DNA of 64,000 nucleotides from Tubulanus polymorphus. Lineage: Eukaryota > Animalia > Nemertea. The notes beneath the pieces are model-generated. The model was given only the letters and a program-made list of their open reading frames with translations, had not been told where the DNA came from and did no database searches. The stretch is from the NCBI RefSeq assembly GCF_964204645.1, contig NC_134027.1, positions 4,000,485 to 4,064,484 on the forward strand, read 5' to 3'. The translations under genes were made by a program, and so were the position numbers. Of this stretch, positions 50,399 through 64,000 are shown one piece after another. Every line of letters begins with the position of its first letter. Positions within the stretch are counted from its first letter, which is position 1.

Positions 50399-51317
50399 TC
50401 TGATATTTTATTAGAAGTGATATGTGTTTATTTGCTCAACAAGACAATGCCGAAGATATTATATGTGTTTTAACAATTCAAGTTTCTACCTAAAGTCAAA
50501 TTAATTCACACGATGCAGACTTCGTGATAGGTTTTTCTTTAGCCAGTGATTATTCACAGAAACCCTCATAATCTAGACTCAAAACTAATTGATTTATGTC
50601 TAGTCTGTATACGAGTGTGCTCTTCTCACACCTTCAATCATTGTATTGGTTTTGTTTTACTCATTATGATGTACACTAGTATCATTGTTTTCATTCCTGT
50701 ATTGTGAATACTTTATGTTTTAATAAAGTTATTGACATTTGAAAATATTCGACGTAGATATTCATTTTCTTGGTGGTCAATATTCTCTCTCCTCCCGATA
50801 TTTACTAGCGAGTCATACTACATGTACTTCACCCGACACTGCATCATTCATTATCAGCGTATATCATCATTGGTTCTGAACGTTTACGGTACATAATCGG
50901 ATATTCATCATCAGTCACCTTTGACTTACATTTTAATTCATCAGACCCCGATATTCAATGATCTTTAAATCATCCTGAATTATGGACCTCCTGCTAGTAA
51001 TATATCATTATGCAACCTATAATGTAAATATGGCAACTCATACAGAATTCCAGTTAGGGTTTGCCGAGGTTATTTTTGTTTCTTTTGGAGTTGTATTATA
51101 TATAAATTTTGTATATATGAATAGATATATAAGAAAATTGCGGTAAGGTTTCTCAATGCAATGTTAAAAAATATCTCTACATTTCCTCGTTTTTCAGCTG
51201 ATTTGCCTATCAATCATTTCGGAATACACGTTTTCGTCGGATATTTCGCTATTTTTATAGCCGGACGTCGGTTGTAAAAAAACATCATAAATCACCTCGC
51301 AAAGCGTACACATAACT

Positions 51318-51350
51318 CCCGCCCCTTATTTATCGTTATCAGCGCCATTT
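51318..51350 (+). promoter_or_regulatory. COX8 proximal promoter motifs (GC box, YY1-like)
   Basis: CCCGCCCC and CGCCATTTT within 100 bp of ATG 51409. Confidence 0.4.
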
Positions 51351-51408
51351 TATTCAGCGAGGGAAAATAGCATTCTCTTTCTCTTTTGAAAAATACAGCT
51401 TTGCCGAG

Positions 51409-51627
51409 ATGTCCGGATTGGTGAAATTAGCCAACAGCAGGAATGTACTGATTACTCGACTGGTTACCCGGCAGGTGGAACAAAGAGCGTCACTGGTATC
51501 AGGACCACCGAAAAATCGCGTTTCATTCGTCGAGAAGCTGGCTCACGGGTTCGTGATCAGTGCTTGTGTATGTGCCCCCGCTGCGTACGTCATGTCACAT
51601 ATAGAGGATTACAAACAGAGGGAATAG
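51409..51627 (+). CDS. COX8: Cytochrome c oxidase subunit 8, intronless CDS
   Basis: Basic mitochondrial presequence, then SGPPKNRVSFVEK, one TM segment and PAAYVMSHIEDYK, matching the COX VIII pattern. AATAAA follows the stop. Confidence 0.85.
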   Translation: MSGLVKLANSRNVLITRLVTRQVEQRASLVSGPPKNRVSFVEKLAHGFVISACVCAPAAYVMSHIEDYKQRE

Positions 51628-54275
51628 AAAGAATAAACATCTTGACATCTGATATTGTGAACAGAATATGATTAATTTCAATGCCATCGGTGATTTTTTC
51701 ACGACTAAATGTGAAGTTACTTTCAATTTGTTAATGGTGACGCGTCATTAAACATCATCGGTTTTGGTAAACGCAAGCTCGAGACTTTCATTAATATCAT
51801 TCGAGAACATTTTGATTTTTTTCTTGTTAATCAATGTGAGGGCATTTTTAGGTGTACGTACACACCTACTGATATGGAAGATGAGTTCATGAAAGGATAT
51901 TATCACATCGTTCCTGCGTTATTGATTACCAAGCCATGTATCCGCCATGAACATGTTTATATATATCCGTAAAATCGTGAATATCAGATGAAATAAAGCA
52001 ATGCTGTTCAACAACACGTAGTTTATATAAAATCTCTCTAGAGATCTAGATAACTTGGTTGAGTTTAATCTTCTTTTCGGTATTTTACTAAGGGCACATG
52101 TGTTCCTATTTTCAGATTGTGAATCTGCTTTGGCTAGTTAAAACGGACTCCCAGAACACACACATACTAAAACATATGTGTTTAATATGCATGGTTGGCA
52201 CAAAAAAAAACGTTTAGTCTCAAGAGGATGGAGGTGTACGTGATATGTCTCATGTATACTCATACGTGTGAAGAGCCGATGTGACACATGTAATCTATAC
52301 ATGTATATACGACATTTTTGAGTGAATTAGCGCACCTCCGAATCCCCTGCCTTACCACCCGGAGCCTACACGACAACAATATTGATATGGACCCCAAGTG
52401 GCATTGGTGTTTCACTGGGAAAAGAACCATCCAGACCGTTTTGGCATGATTGGCTGAGCCGGTTTATTCCATTAATGTAATAAACTCTTCTGGCGACCCC
52501 GCGAAGACGTTATCGTTTCCACGTTTATTTTGTAGTGCAACGCATGAACATTAATCAAACGATCACGTATTATAATACAACATGTAATTTCAAATAACTC
52601 ACTTCGTGCTTTTATAAAACGATGCAATTAAAAACCAGAGCCGGAATCTTTTTCAGTGAAAATAAACGCGTTTACATTTGACTTCCCGATCGATTCATTC
52701 ATCTGTGGGCAATATATATATTTCATTTTACGGTGAAATGGGTAATTTCGGCATCATGTTTCAAGGTCACAAATCACACAATTCGAGTACGTTTCTCGTC
52801 TTGTGATTTGATCATTCTCTCATAAACAAGTGCATTTTACGGTCTTTCGAATTTGACATCGGTTTGCAATTCGATACGTCGCATAAATCTGGACAACTTA
52901 TTCGAACATTGTCGTTCATGCTTGAAATTGAAGGGACAATATTATGATCGGAAATTTAGGGATTAAAAAATACAACTTGAAATAGAATTCATTTATTGCC
53001 GATAACTTTTGATTATGCCGGGTGGGGGCGTGGGCTAAGAATGCGCGGAGAGTGACACGTGTGAATTTTGTTTAATGAGTGACGAAGTTAGGAATTCCCT
53101 TTACGAGAGGATTGGCCCCTCGAGCCCCGGAGTACAATTATTGCAGAACAAACACTTGTGTAAATACTTTAACCACTAGTTTATATTTGTGTCAGGAAAA
53201 TTATAGTTTTGCGCTGACTGCTTTGAAGTGATCATCGGTAGGGTTCATGTGTTATCAAAAGACCTAAAAGTCACGTCTTCGGAAAGATTGAAACTAATTT
53301 CGTCGCACATCGCGCTGTCTACGAATAAACTTATTAGACGATAATCGATGGTTTCGCTCTTTTCGCCGCAGCCTTGCATCAAATCCCGCTGGCCATGTTT
53401 CATCCATTCAATCTTCGGGTAAGATGTTTATCAACGTCACCACAAACGAAAGTTCCGCTATCGGCGTCAGTGTAGGAGGTGGAGGACTTCCAGCCATCTT
53501 CCCGCGCTCAGCTCGTAATTAAAGTGGTTCTTCCAGTAACCATATTCTATTCGCTTTCATCCCATTGGGGTAATTTGATCGCACGAACTTAGTTCGACTT
53601 GTGTCGTCGAGTTAAGTTAAATAGTTCTGAGAATTCAAATCGAACGACTGCTTTAAGTGTTTGGTAACGGATCTATTTGCGAGATGAGGAATAATTGGTC
53701 TTTATAAGGGTATTCGAGAACTGTCACGCGGAATAGATCGTCATCAATTCACCGCTAGAAGAACACAACACGCGAACTTGCACGCGAGGAGAGGCGCTTC
53801 TCGACTTTCAGTTTCTCAAGTTGGCTAAGAATTCAGTTTAAACTGAGGGCATAATAACTTCATCTCGTTGCGCTGACATTTCGAAAAATAAAATCACCCT
53901 CGAAGCCGCAAGTCAGCATAAAAATCTGTCGCGAACGCAAATCGTTTTCTATTTGTGGATTCCAGTGTTCTCGAAGAAGCTGTCGAACGTAAAACGGTGA
54001 AAGCATTTTGTTGAATTATATGTGTCAAACTAGCTGCACTTTTGATCGGCTGGCAGAAACATTGTCAAATATCTACTGCAAATTTATTATTGCCGCGAAA
54101 CTAAGGCACGAACTTCTCGAACGTTTACTTTAGTTGTGAATTTTAGGAATTTTAGGTAGAATAACACGGGACATAGTAAGGAAAGTGCTAAGTGATCTCC
54201 AGTGGTTCTAGGAACGATTTTGTTTGAAACACCATAGATTTACCCCAGCAAGGTAAGCGTGAATATTAGAGAGCC

Positions 54276-55388
54276 ATGTTCTACATTCTACAGTTTACAT
54301 GTGTCATCCTGTTACCGGCACTTTTCGCCGCTGCTCTTGACAAAATTCCGCCCACACCTGTCGATGTCGTAGAAAATGCGGATACTGATAAAAACTTGTT
54401 TAAGATGTTGGATTTGAATGATTTCTTTGATGCGAATCGAAGGGAAACTCACCAGAACAAACTACGTAAACGATCCAATTTACTATCGCTGCATAAACGT
54501 CGTTTTTGGTGGAAGCGCGTTGGTGACAGTGATGAGACGACACAGTTCGGGCAGTTACCTCGCTACTGTGTTATTGGTGGCGGCAAACTCTCCTGTTTAG
54601 TTTTAGTGAATCGGCAATGGGTACCAGTTGCAAAAACGTTGAAAAAGAAGTTTTCGAGCCCCACCTATCGTACTTCACAGCAGCAAGTACGACAGGTCCC
54701 TGATCTGAAAGTGGCTAAGTCGTATTTAACGAACATCGTCAAAATTGGAGGGGGATGTACAGGGACTCTGATCACACCAAAACATGTGCTAACTGCGGCA
54801 CATTGTATCCACAATGGACGTAATTTTATCGATAGTATCCACATGCTTAAAGTGGCCGTTCCAGACTCATTCAGTCTCAGGATCTATTACGTTGCTAATG
54901 TGCATGTCGCCCCACAATGGAAGGCGTCGGCTGGTATGGGGGACATCGGTCGTGCGGTATTTGATTACGCAATACTGCGCCTTCACGTTCGTGTCAGCGG
55001 ATCCCGATCGTACATGAAATTTTCAGCGATGAATAAACGTCTGTACAATCGGCGAGTCTTCTACACGGGATTCTCTGAAAATAGAATCTCATCCCACGAC
55101 GAGATCTGGCAATCGTCGTGTGTTGTCAATCCGTACTCGGTTTTGTTCAACAGTCTCATTATCAGTCAATGTCGCTCGATGCCGGGTATGTCTGGAGCGG
55201 CCGCCTGTGTTGAGACTGAGAAGGGTCATAAGGAAATAGTGGGCGTCGTCTCAAACATGATCGCCAGAGAAAACCCATTTATGCGTCAAACCGAGGTGGC
55301 TGTCATTACAAAACTCAACAAACAAAAACTTTACGATATCTGCGGTTATCTGGGAAACGAAGGTGTTGAGGCGAAGGTTTGTTATTAA
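54276..55388 (+). CDS. Secreted trypsin-like (S1) serine protease, PRSS23/PRSS35-like, single coding exon
   Basis: Signal peptide, prodomain with RKR/KRR/KR sites, GCTGTLITPKHVLTAAHCIHNG (His), FDYAIL (Asp), CRSMPGMSGA (Ser). Confidence 0.88.
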   Translation: MFYILQFTCVILLPALFAAALDKIPPTPVDVVENADTDKNLFKMLDLNDFFDANRRETHQNKLRKRSNLLSLHKRRFWWKRVGDSDETTQFGQLPRYCVIGGGKLSCLVLVNRQWVPVAKTLKKKFSSPTYRTSQQQVRQVPDLKVAKSYLTNIVKIGGGCTGTLITPKHVLTAAHCIHNGRNFIDSIHMLKVAVPDSFSLRIYYVANVHVAPQWKASAGMGDIGRAVFDYAILRLHVRVSGSRSYMKFSAMNKRLYNRRVFYTGFSENRISSHDEIWQSSCVVNPYSVLFNSLIISQCRSMPGMSGAAACVETEKGHKEIVGVVSNMIARENPFMRQTEVAVITKLNKQKLYDICGYLGNEGVEAKVCY

Positions 55389-58167
55389 GCGGACACTAGA
55401 TTACTTAACGTTTTTTCAGACAAAGAATCTGCAAATCTCACGATTTATGTAACCTGAATAAAAGATCCATGCAAGTCTTAATTCCCGTTTGTCTAAATTC
55501 CTATTTCTCAAGATGGATGACAAAGATTGTACATTGAAAAGAAATGATTATGAATGCTATAATACAACATGTTGTAAATTGTTCTTGATCTTTGCATCGT
55601 CCACCATGATGATAGATTGACCTGTGGAAATAACACGCGGTGAAGGTGAATCGGTCGGCATTAATCGACACTATTCGGGCTCTCCCATTGAATAAGATCT
55701 ACTTATGAGGATTCACCAACATTTACGTTTTTATGAATCATGGGGTTATATCGGACTGTGTGGGTTATCGGACCTTTTCCATTAGAGATAAGCCATAGAT
55801 ATTGACAAGTAGACAACATTATAGAAGAGGATCGTCAATTATCTAATAACTAATTACTTAAAGGTGACCTTAGTATAGTCAAAGTGTGGGAGAAGGAACT
55901 TGAGAAACAGGAACCCGCGCTGTCTAAATGTCATTTTCTTCATGAAATACAATACAATGAAGTATATTACGTATCACGATTGTGTGACCTAATAATAATT
56001 GCTCGTAGGTGTGACCACTCCCGATCTAGCGGAGTTATCAGTATATGTCCAGGCGTCCATAAAATGCTTCGTTCCATTAAGATGATAGATTTGCCATGTA
56101 AAAAATTCATAAACACTTTTGGCATGCCGTTTCAATCTTGATATCTACGTATATCATGACAATGACTTATTTTCATCATCTTTGATCACAGTTTACAAAA
56201 CAGCTGTCGATTCAATATATATTAATATTATAATATATATTCACCAATGATGTAAAATGGCATCCCAGAAAGCTCTTCGTGTATTTATTTTAGTATATAT
56301 TTATCTATTAATGTGTCACCTTATATAAAAATAAGCCAGCCTTAAAGGGCTTACGAGCCACTTAGAGCCACTTATAGACACTTATATAATAACAAACAGG
56401 CGTCAACAAGATTCATGAATTACGTTTTTAAGTTTGCAATTTTAACAAATTTACTAACATTTCGTTACATTAGGATTCGATGAAAATACCCTAAATTTTT
56501 CGGAGTCAGGTATACTAACATTTTCTACATTACCAATCAATCTAAATAAATCATTTCTGTATAGAAATTCACGAATTTACTTTCTAAACGACAGAAATAC
56601 GAGTCCAATGAAATTTTAATCGAATTTTCTAATTTTACACTAATTGCTTTGTTATGTATTTCGCGATTGGAAACAGTATACATGTACTACGATCCCTGCA
56701 TATTGATCGTTGATTAAAAGTCCACTGACAATGTCTAATTCTATCTACTGATTGGTTTATTTTAATTTTTTTTTTTTGAAAAATGATACAATCGTTTCGA
56801 AATACACATTTAAGCAACGATTTTATTATTTTTATCTGAATATATACGTTTCAGAATGACGTCAAAGGAACACGGCGTGTACTATTTATAACATGAGTGT
56901 ATGCCGATAATTCTAACTTAAATGCACCTAAATCACGACAACCGGCAGCAATCATCGACAATTTGAATATTTGATTGGGCAACCGGACTAGCACAGTTAA
57001 CACTCCAGTCCAATACGTACGTAAGTCCTGCAACCCAATTATATATGCATAGATAGTTGCAAATGTGTATGATTACGAACGATGCAGAATATCATGTTAC
57101 CATCGCGCAAAAATAGAATAAAGGTGTATAATGTTTTTGCCGTGTGTTAAACGTTTTCTTTGAGCAAAGCTTATTAATATCGTTGAATTTATTCCGTTTT
57201 CTATCGGACAAAATTCTATACACAGAGTGAAGTTAAACTATTAATGCGTTTGCAATCTCACGGAACGGAATATTCGTGTCGAGTGCGAGGAGTGGGAGGT
57301 TATGATGGAATCGTCAACGAAATATGCATCGCAAATCATTTTGTCATCGATAAGGCGCACGTACGGCTCTTATAGGCGGTATTTATTTCGAGATAGTGGA
57401 AATCTACCCGAGTCTGCGGTCATTATATCCGAGCTGGTAAAGAGTAAGAGATCATAAAAAACCCTTTACAACTAAATAATCCAGTATAATCCATCTTTAG
57501 AGGAAACCAACGAAACAAATGTCGAAAATGCACCATTTGCCGCAAGTTATATGCTCCACAAAACCAGTGGAGTATCTGTCGTTTTCCCCGTCATCATAAT
57601 TATGAATTTAACAGTACATGATCGAATAAATGAGTAATAATCAATTTGAAGACAAGAGTTGCAGGTTTAACTAGTGTTATACAGACAAGTGAAACCCAAG
57701 AAGCCCTACACACTCTAGTAGCGTTTTTGATTGTTATCGACGGGCCAGACCTTGACCAAATAGTACTTGTAAAATATTCCATTTTGTTCCAGTGTGCTCC
57801 GGGGTACATCTCGCAAAATTTCCCTGGCTTATAGCGCGCATTAACCTATTATTCCATTTCGAGGGGCAAAACTTCGAAATGAGCGCTGTTTGGAGTCACC
57901 TTTTCTTGGAAAAAGCCTGTTTTCATGGAATATGAGTCTGTAATGAATAATGTTTTTGACCGATTGCCACCTTTCATTTTCACTGCTGTCTTCATTTCCA
58001 AGGCCCATCACCGTGAAAAAGATTTTACAAGCCCGTAACAAACCCAGGATATCCATTCCAAAAATATATAGAAATTTATTGATTGAACCAAAACCAAGTG
58101 AGGTCTATCAGTTGCAGATTGCGGATATGTCACGGAAAACATTTCTTCTATTGATACAATGATATTC

Positions 58168-58329
58168 AGTAAATCTCACCAAACTCAGATAGGCAAATTT
58201 GATCCAAGTTTCGTGCAAGCCCGAGTTAAGGATCAGAAAATACTGTTAGAAGTCATTAAACTATATCATTTCATTCCGAGTTAGTTTAAAGTCAAAGTTG
58301 GTATTGTCCGAGTTAGGCAAGGTTTACTG
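58168..58329. mobile_element. Degenerate Tc1/pogo-type MITE
   Basis: CAGTAAATCTCACCAAACTC versus GAGTTAGGCAAGGTTTACTG|TA; internal CCGAGTTA repeats. Confidence 0.45.
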
Positions 58330-58742
58330 TAATATTTGAATTCCATTTGTGTTCTACTGATACAGGAAGCATATAAAAACAAATAGAAGTGATAAATACA
58401 GTATTAATAAATAGAAAAAGAACTATATTTGACTAAATATACAAGGTTTCTTCACACATTGCACCGATTATATCTTACAATAACAAAATCATGAAATTTC
58501 GTTATATCATTATAAACTATCATATTTGAATCATTTTAATATCATGATTCCACAGTTCAGTATAAAATTAGCCAAACACCTAATTAATCAGGTATCTGTA
58601 CAATAGGTGAATTCTCAGCGATTTTACCAATTTCTGCAAGTAAAAAAGATCACAGATTTAAGCTATTAATGTTTATTTTTCAATAACACGTAAAACAATT
58701 AAGTTTAAATAAAATACATTCTTCTACCTCAAATTTGTACAA

Positions 58743-59202
58743 CTATCGTAGTTTTTTCTTCCCACGCTCTTGACGTACTTTAACTTTGTTAGCGTCATGA
58801 TGGTGTTTTGAGTTCCCATTTTGTTCAGCTTGAGCACATTCTTCATGTTCTTCCTGGAAAAAAATCACTAAAATGGTTTAGATCCTCTAAATCTACTTCT
58901 ATCCTAGAAAGCATTCAATCTAGGCCCTATCTTGGACCCTAACCCTAACTGACACTATCATGCGTGGCATGCGAGGGTAAATAAAACATCACGATTTGAA
59001 TTGAATTGTTGACAAAATATACTTTTGGATGGACTTTATGTTAGATATCTGTATTCAGTGACATACTTACTTGTTCATCATCGCTCTGTGGAATAAATAC
59101 TACAGCAAATATACACACAAGTTGAAATATAGCGCCTAGAAACAGTGCATAATGCAAAAAAGTGTCAAAAATTGCATTACCAGTTGCATCAACAGCCGCC
59201 AT
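58743..59202 (-). CDS. MANBAL: MANBAL / UPF0239 small membrane protein
   Basis: Exons 59202-59071 and 58853-58743. FLHYALFLGAIFQLVCIFAVVF plus a basic C-terminus RQERGKKKLR*. Confidence 0.88.
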
Positions 59203-59527
59203 GTTTAAACGATGACAGCTCTTTACGACAGTGCCTACCCGAAAAATTATCAACTCTCCAATGTGTAAACTTTCAAAATGAATTTTTCAGAACATTTTCT
59301 GAAATTGATTGTTTTCATAACCGTTGTTTCAAAGTTTTGATCTAATCGAATGTTGAGAAGGCAAGAGGAAATGGCGCTGGTTTACGGTAATGAATTCAGC
59401 CAATGAGAGAGTGTTGGCGCTAGTGTATGGTTGGAGGGATGTTTGAAGTATACACCCCGACGCTGTCGACAACCGAATTCTCTTACTACTGTTTCTCACT
59501 CTACCGACTCAGGAGCTGAGCTCTAAA
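59203..59527. promoter_or_regulatory. Bidirectional promoter (MANBAL / GTSE1-like)
   Basis: 325 bp between divergent ATGs. Contains AGCCAAT (~59400), TGGCGC twice and TTTGAA (CHR-like, 59442). Confidence 0.55.
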
Positions 59528-62500
59528 ATGGGTAAATATGGTCTGATGATAAGTTATTGGCCTTTCTATGACATTTTTAATTTTGGGGTGGTATGCATGT
59601 CCATATGTATGGATGCCGGGCGCTGACAAAGAAAGAGATCAGTGTTAGGGGTACTACTACTGTCACTTGTTAATAGTTATCAAAAACACAGGGGTTTGGC
59701 GATGGGCTTGGATTTTATTTCCGGGTTGTTGATAATCTCGCGAGAATGGCGCTAAATATGAACTGCGAATAAATTCAAAATATCACGGAAATACCTCGTG
59801 TTTATATTGTTCATTTATCCGCTATAAAGTTTCGATAAACAATTGGTTGTTAAGAATCATTATCAGATGGTCGTCACGCTTTACTATATAAAATCACAAG
59901 GGATGAAACGCCAGGCCTCCGCTGTACTTAAATTTTCAGCCAGAAAGTTGGGACAGTCACGTGACATTCTGATGACGTCATCGCATTTAAAACTTCAACA
60001 CGAAAAGTTAACATATTCACAGACCGATATCAAATGTCAGATTATGATTCATATGAAATAAATAACTTATAAAGAATAAATTATGATGAAATATATAATT
60101 CATAGTAAAAAAATGCATTTGAATGTAAGTTATTCTCAAACATTTTTCGTATCATAGTTTCCATCTTATATGCTTCAGGTTCGCGTTGGCCATGGTCATC
60201 AAAAACCAAAAGCTCTACTTTTATCAGAAAATTATCATTCAGCAAGATTAACATTTTCATATTTTCAGATGGAATATTAGTAGATCTTGAAGACAATGAC
60301 GATGTCATTCGAATACCGCTGAAAGTACCAGTGCTGCCACCGGTTACAGATGTCCTAAACTACCACTGTAAGGCTTGCTCTCATAAATCAATTCATTTTA
60401 ACTCATTGAAAGCATTTAACTTATCGGTTTGTTATATAAGAATTCTTTTGTGTTTAAGTGAATAAGCAAAGTGAAAAAGTTCGAAAGGATGCTGAACAAA
60501 TAGAAAAGCAAATTCTTGAGGATCCTTCAACAAATACTGCTGAAGGTAATGAAAGCTTAGTTCTTAACTCATCAAACCATTTTCAGTTCAGCTCGATAGG
60601 TCAAAATACAAATATGGAGGATCTTTTCATCATAACTTACAGATGATGTGAAATTGTTAGAAGATGAATTGTTTGACTTTGACTTTGTTTCGCCAAATAC
60701 AAGGTTAGCACGAATACAAATGATTTGAATGATGCAAAATACTGCAAAAAGAGAATTAATCATCTATTCAGTCACCTGTTCAGTCATGAGAATATTAATT
60801 CATTCCATTCGCTTTTTAGTGCCGCAGAAGATGACGAAGATGAAGTATTTTTTGGTCCGGTCAAATTTGTGGAAACTGTTAAGTCGGCGGCGATCGGTTG
60901 TGGTGCTCACAGTGGACAACTGGAACCACTTACAGCCGCTCAGTTATCTGAAGTCGTTAAGGAAGCGCATACTATAGCTTTTCATATAAGGCATTCTCAC
61001 AAGGATGTGAGTACTGTAAGCCATATAGTATTCGGTTTGATAAGTTTACAGGGTTCTTGCAGATCTAGAAAATCATGGAATTTTGGATTTATATTTTCCC
61101 TGCAAGGAAAATCTAGGTCTTGTCATTTTTCTTGGAAGTGATGAGTGACACAAAGAACCTCCTCTTGAGAAGGAACAACCCCCACTGAGGATATCTTACG
61201 AGGGTCAGGAAATTTAGGATGCCCTGAGTCTACAGGAACTTGCTTTTATCAAGTGTTTTTTTCCATGCAGGATATGTTACCATCAGTCGAGGAAGAAGAG
61301 GTGGAAGGACGAGGCAAATTAGAACCGGCAAATGTGAGTCCAGTAGCTGACCCATCAGTTGGAAGTATTAGTCCGCAGTCAGTATCAGCTACATCACCTG
61401 ATAGTGGTATATTTAGTAGTTCTAATGTTAAAGGTATGTCATCCTATCAATCATTAAAATGAAGTACAGATATGCTGTAACTACTCCGTCTCAATTTGAT
61501 TTATGATGAGAAATTCTTCATTTTTCTGCAGAAGTTGTAAAAATGCCGAGTACCGATAAAAAACCTTCGCAAATGACTGAAGTACGTAAAAACCTGAGTA
61601 ACACGGATAGTAAACTGAAGAGTTTATCCGGATTGAAACGTCGTCCGTCTGGAAGAATAGCTGCCGGACAGGCGCAAGTTCCTTTAAAACGTTCGCTTAA
61701 AGAGTCATTTAACAAGATTACTAAAACACCAAGCACTGGTGCTAGGGAGAGGTAATAAATAAACCAAATATAGTAATTTATTTTACAGTGACTGAGTAAA
61801 GTTACACGCTTCATACGTGCGATGTCTTTATTTCAGTAAAAGTTCAACGTCATCAATAAGTTCAGTCTCCGGCACTCCTTCCAAAATGAAGCCTCCCTCC
61901 TATCAACAGAGGAGTATAATACCACCAAGGTAGAGATTATCTTCGCTTCTATAGCAAAGTTGAAATAAGTCCAGAAGCCATCGTATTTTCACAATGAGCA
62001 TGATGGTTTTATTTTCAGTCCAGGAAGGTCGATGAGGAAGTCACATGTGTCAAGTTCAGAATCAAGTCTCAATGGAAATTCAATGAAAGCTAGTTCTTCA
62101 CTAACTAGATCAACATCTTTGGTAATATTTCTAAATATTTTTGGTCATATATGAAAAATGTATTTCTGGTCGTAAAATGCTATTTTGGAAATAAACGATG
62201 TACGATTATCTATTACAGAAGAGACCGACTGGAATAAAATCTACAAATACTGCAATTGGTAATAGAATGAATGGGCTGGCTGTTGGTCGCAGTAAACCTT
62301 TAAAAAATAATCAACCTGCAACATCGCATTCGGGACCAATCAAAGCTTTACATCCGTCATCAGTAACAAGCAGTACAGCAATGTGTGATAAAGGTAGGCT
62401 AAAATGTACTCATATATTGCTATACAAAGGTTGATGTTTTGTTGTTTTTAGTTGAGCTATAAATGTGTATTATTTGTAAAGGAGCAATGAATTGCGGTGA

Positions 62501-63527
62501 TAGAAATCGTCAGTGGAGTGGCAGTAGTACTAGTAGTGTCAGTAGTGTAAGCAGTCTTGGATCTTTAACGACACCCGTAAAACCTGATAGGTGTTTACAA
62601 CCGAAAAAAATACTATCTTCATCTACATGTATCAACAACACTCGCATGCAACGACCAGCTTCTCGATCTAACAGGTACTGTATACGCTGTCTGATATAAT
62701 CTGATATTCAATCTCGGAGGCATTAACTGATTAGTATGGAAAAAATCAGGCACATTTAATTGGTCCTAGCCATAGAACTATATGTAAATGGGAACACTGT
62801 GTCGTCACTATATATTTGCCTTTGCGATCTTCGGAATTCATCAGCACCCTCGTGGTTAGCAATTAACGATAGATTCTCGGTTATAATAATATTTTCTCTG
62901 CGGGCATTGAGGATACAGTTTTCGAGATTTGGTATAGTTTAAAGACTATAACAAATCATGAAAAATGCTAATTAAAAAAGAGACCGTTAACCAGTCAACA
63001 AAATGTATCACTTATCATGAGGGTGCTGAACAATCCACAAGATTACTGGCGGTGCCTAGTGTAGTTTTCCGGTTTTCTAGCTTGTTAATTAAACGATGAC
63101 TTCTCTTATTGTGTATTGTCTCATTGCAGTGGTTCTATTCCTCCATCTACCCCTGTATCTGCCTCAAAAAGACGTTCATTTTTACCAACACCCGGACGAC
63201 AATCGTCCGATAGAAAAACAACGGCGAGTCGAAGTGAAAGCTCGTCATCAGTCCAGTCTACTGATGAAAGTTTTGTCCTAAGGAGACCACCAACGCCTAG
63301 TCGAATAGTACCGGTATTTAATCACACAATTCACATCTTATATACGTCCATCATCAGAGATGCTTGAAATTACCCTCAATTTCCTTGTTGATCATTTTCA
63401 GCCCAAGAAATCAACGATACCTTCTGTCAATCCGGTAAATAGCAATAAAGAAAATGTATCTGTGACTGGATCGCATAAACCTTCGAAATTAGCAACGTTA
63501 CTGCGGAAACCGAGTATAAAAAGATGA
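59528..63527 (+). CDS. GTSE1: G2 and S phase-expressed protein 1-like (GTSE1/PSRC1 family), multi-exon
   Basis: GTSE1_N motifs DDVKLLEDELFDFDF (from 60643), EDDEDEVFFGP and PLTAAQLSEVVKEAHTIAFHI. The remainder is S/P/K/R-rich and disordered. First coding exon ATGG|GT at 59528-59531; last exon 63402-63527; AATAAA at ~63767. Confidence 0.75.
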
Positions 63528-64000
63528 CAGCGACACCGAAGAAATGAATAAAAAAACTTTCTAAACACGCAATCCTTATTTGCATGATTCAAATGTTAAG
63601 AGTAAACAAAACTTTAAAATGTAAAAAATAATATGCGTATTCCATGTACACTAAACGGAAGTTTTGTCAATTATTTTAGATGTTTTTTGTAAATTAACTC
63701 TTTGTACTTAAACTGGAGAATGCATTCATTCACAGATCTGTTAATCAACCTATATAATGTGATAATAATAAAAAGTGCTAAATGTTGAACAAAATGTTAT
63801 GATTCCTTGTTATTCCTCTGTGGGATTCGACCTGATCTCCCTATCCACGAGCTAGCAGTTTCTCATGGATGCGATTAAAGATCTGTTTTGAGCTATCGGG
63901 TTCTCGAGGATAGGATTTAATACAAATGACAATAAAGTAAATTGAAATGCTTGTTACGAGGAGTGCGTAGAAATTGATTGATTTAGAGTAGATGGTGGCT

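Overview
This is AT-rich eukaryotic DNA with short spliceosomal introns, most consistent with an invertebrate metazoan; the species cannot be determined from the sequence. I reconstructed about 13 protein-coding genes by hand from splice sites and reading phase. In order: the 3' part of a coiled-coil protein gene (+), ARIH2 RBR E3 ligase (-), a single-pass membrane protein (+), an SLC16/MCT-type transporter (+), two secreted-protein genes (-), a small secreted protein with two PAN/apple-like modules (+), an uncharacterised four-repeat protein ending in a CaaX box (+), DENND6A (+), COX8 (+), a PRSS23/35-like protease (+), and a head-to-head MANBAL (-) / GTSE1-like (+) pair. Non-coding DNA holds many MITEs, a decayed Tc1/mariner element and a 28-bp minisatellite. 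Intron 1 of the CaaX gene (6 kb) contains nested TIR elements enclosing about 16.5 copies of a ~190-bp satellite whose core motif matches the enclosing TIR. I saw no rRNA, intact tRNA or CRISPR array. Exon boundaries are manual and unverified, and no database searches were run, so novelty claims are inference.
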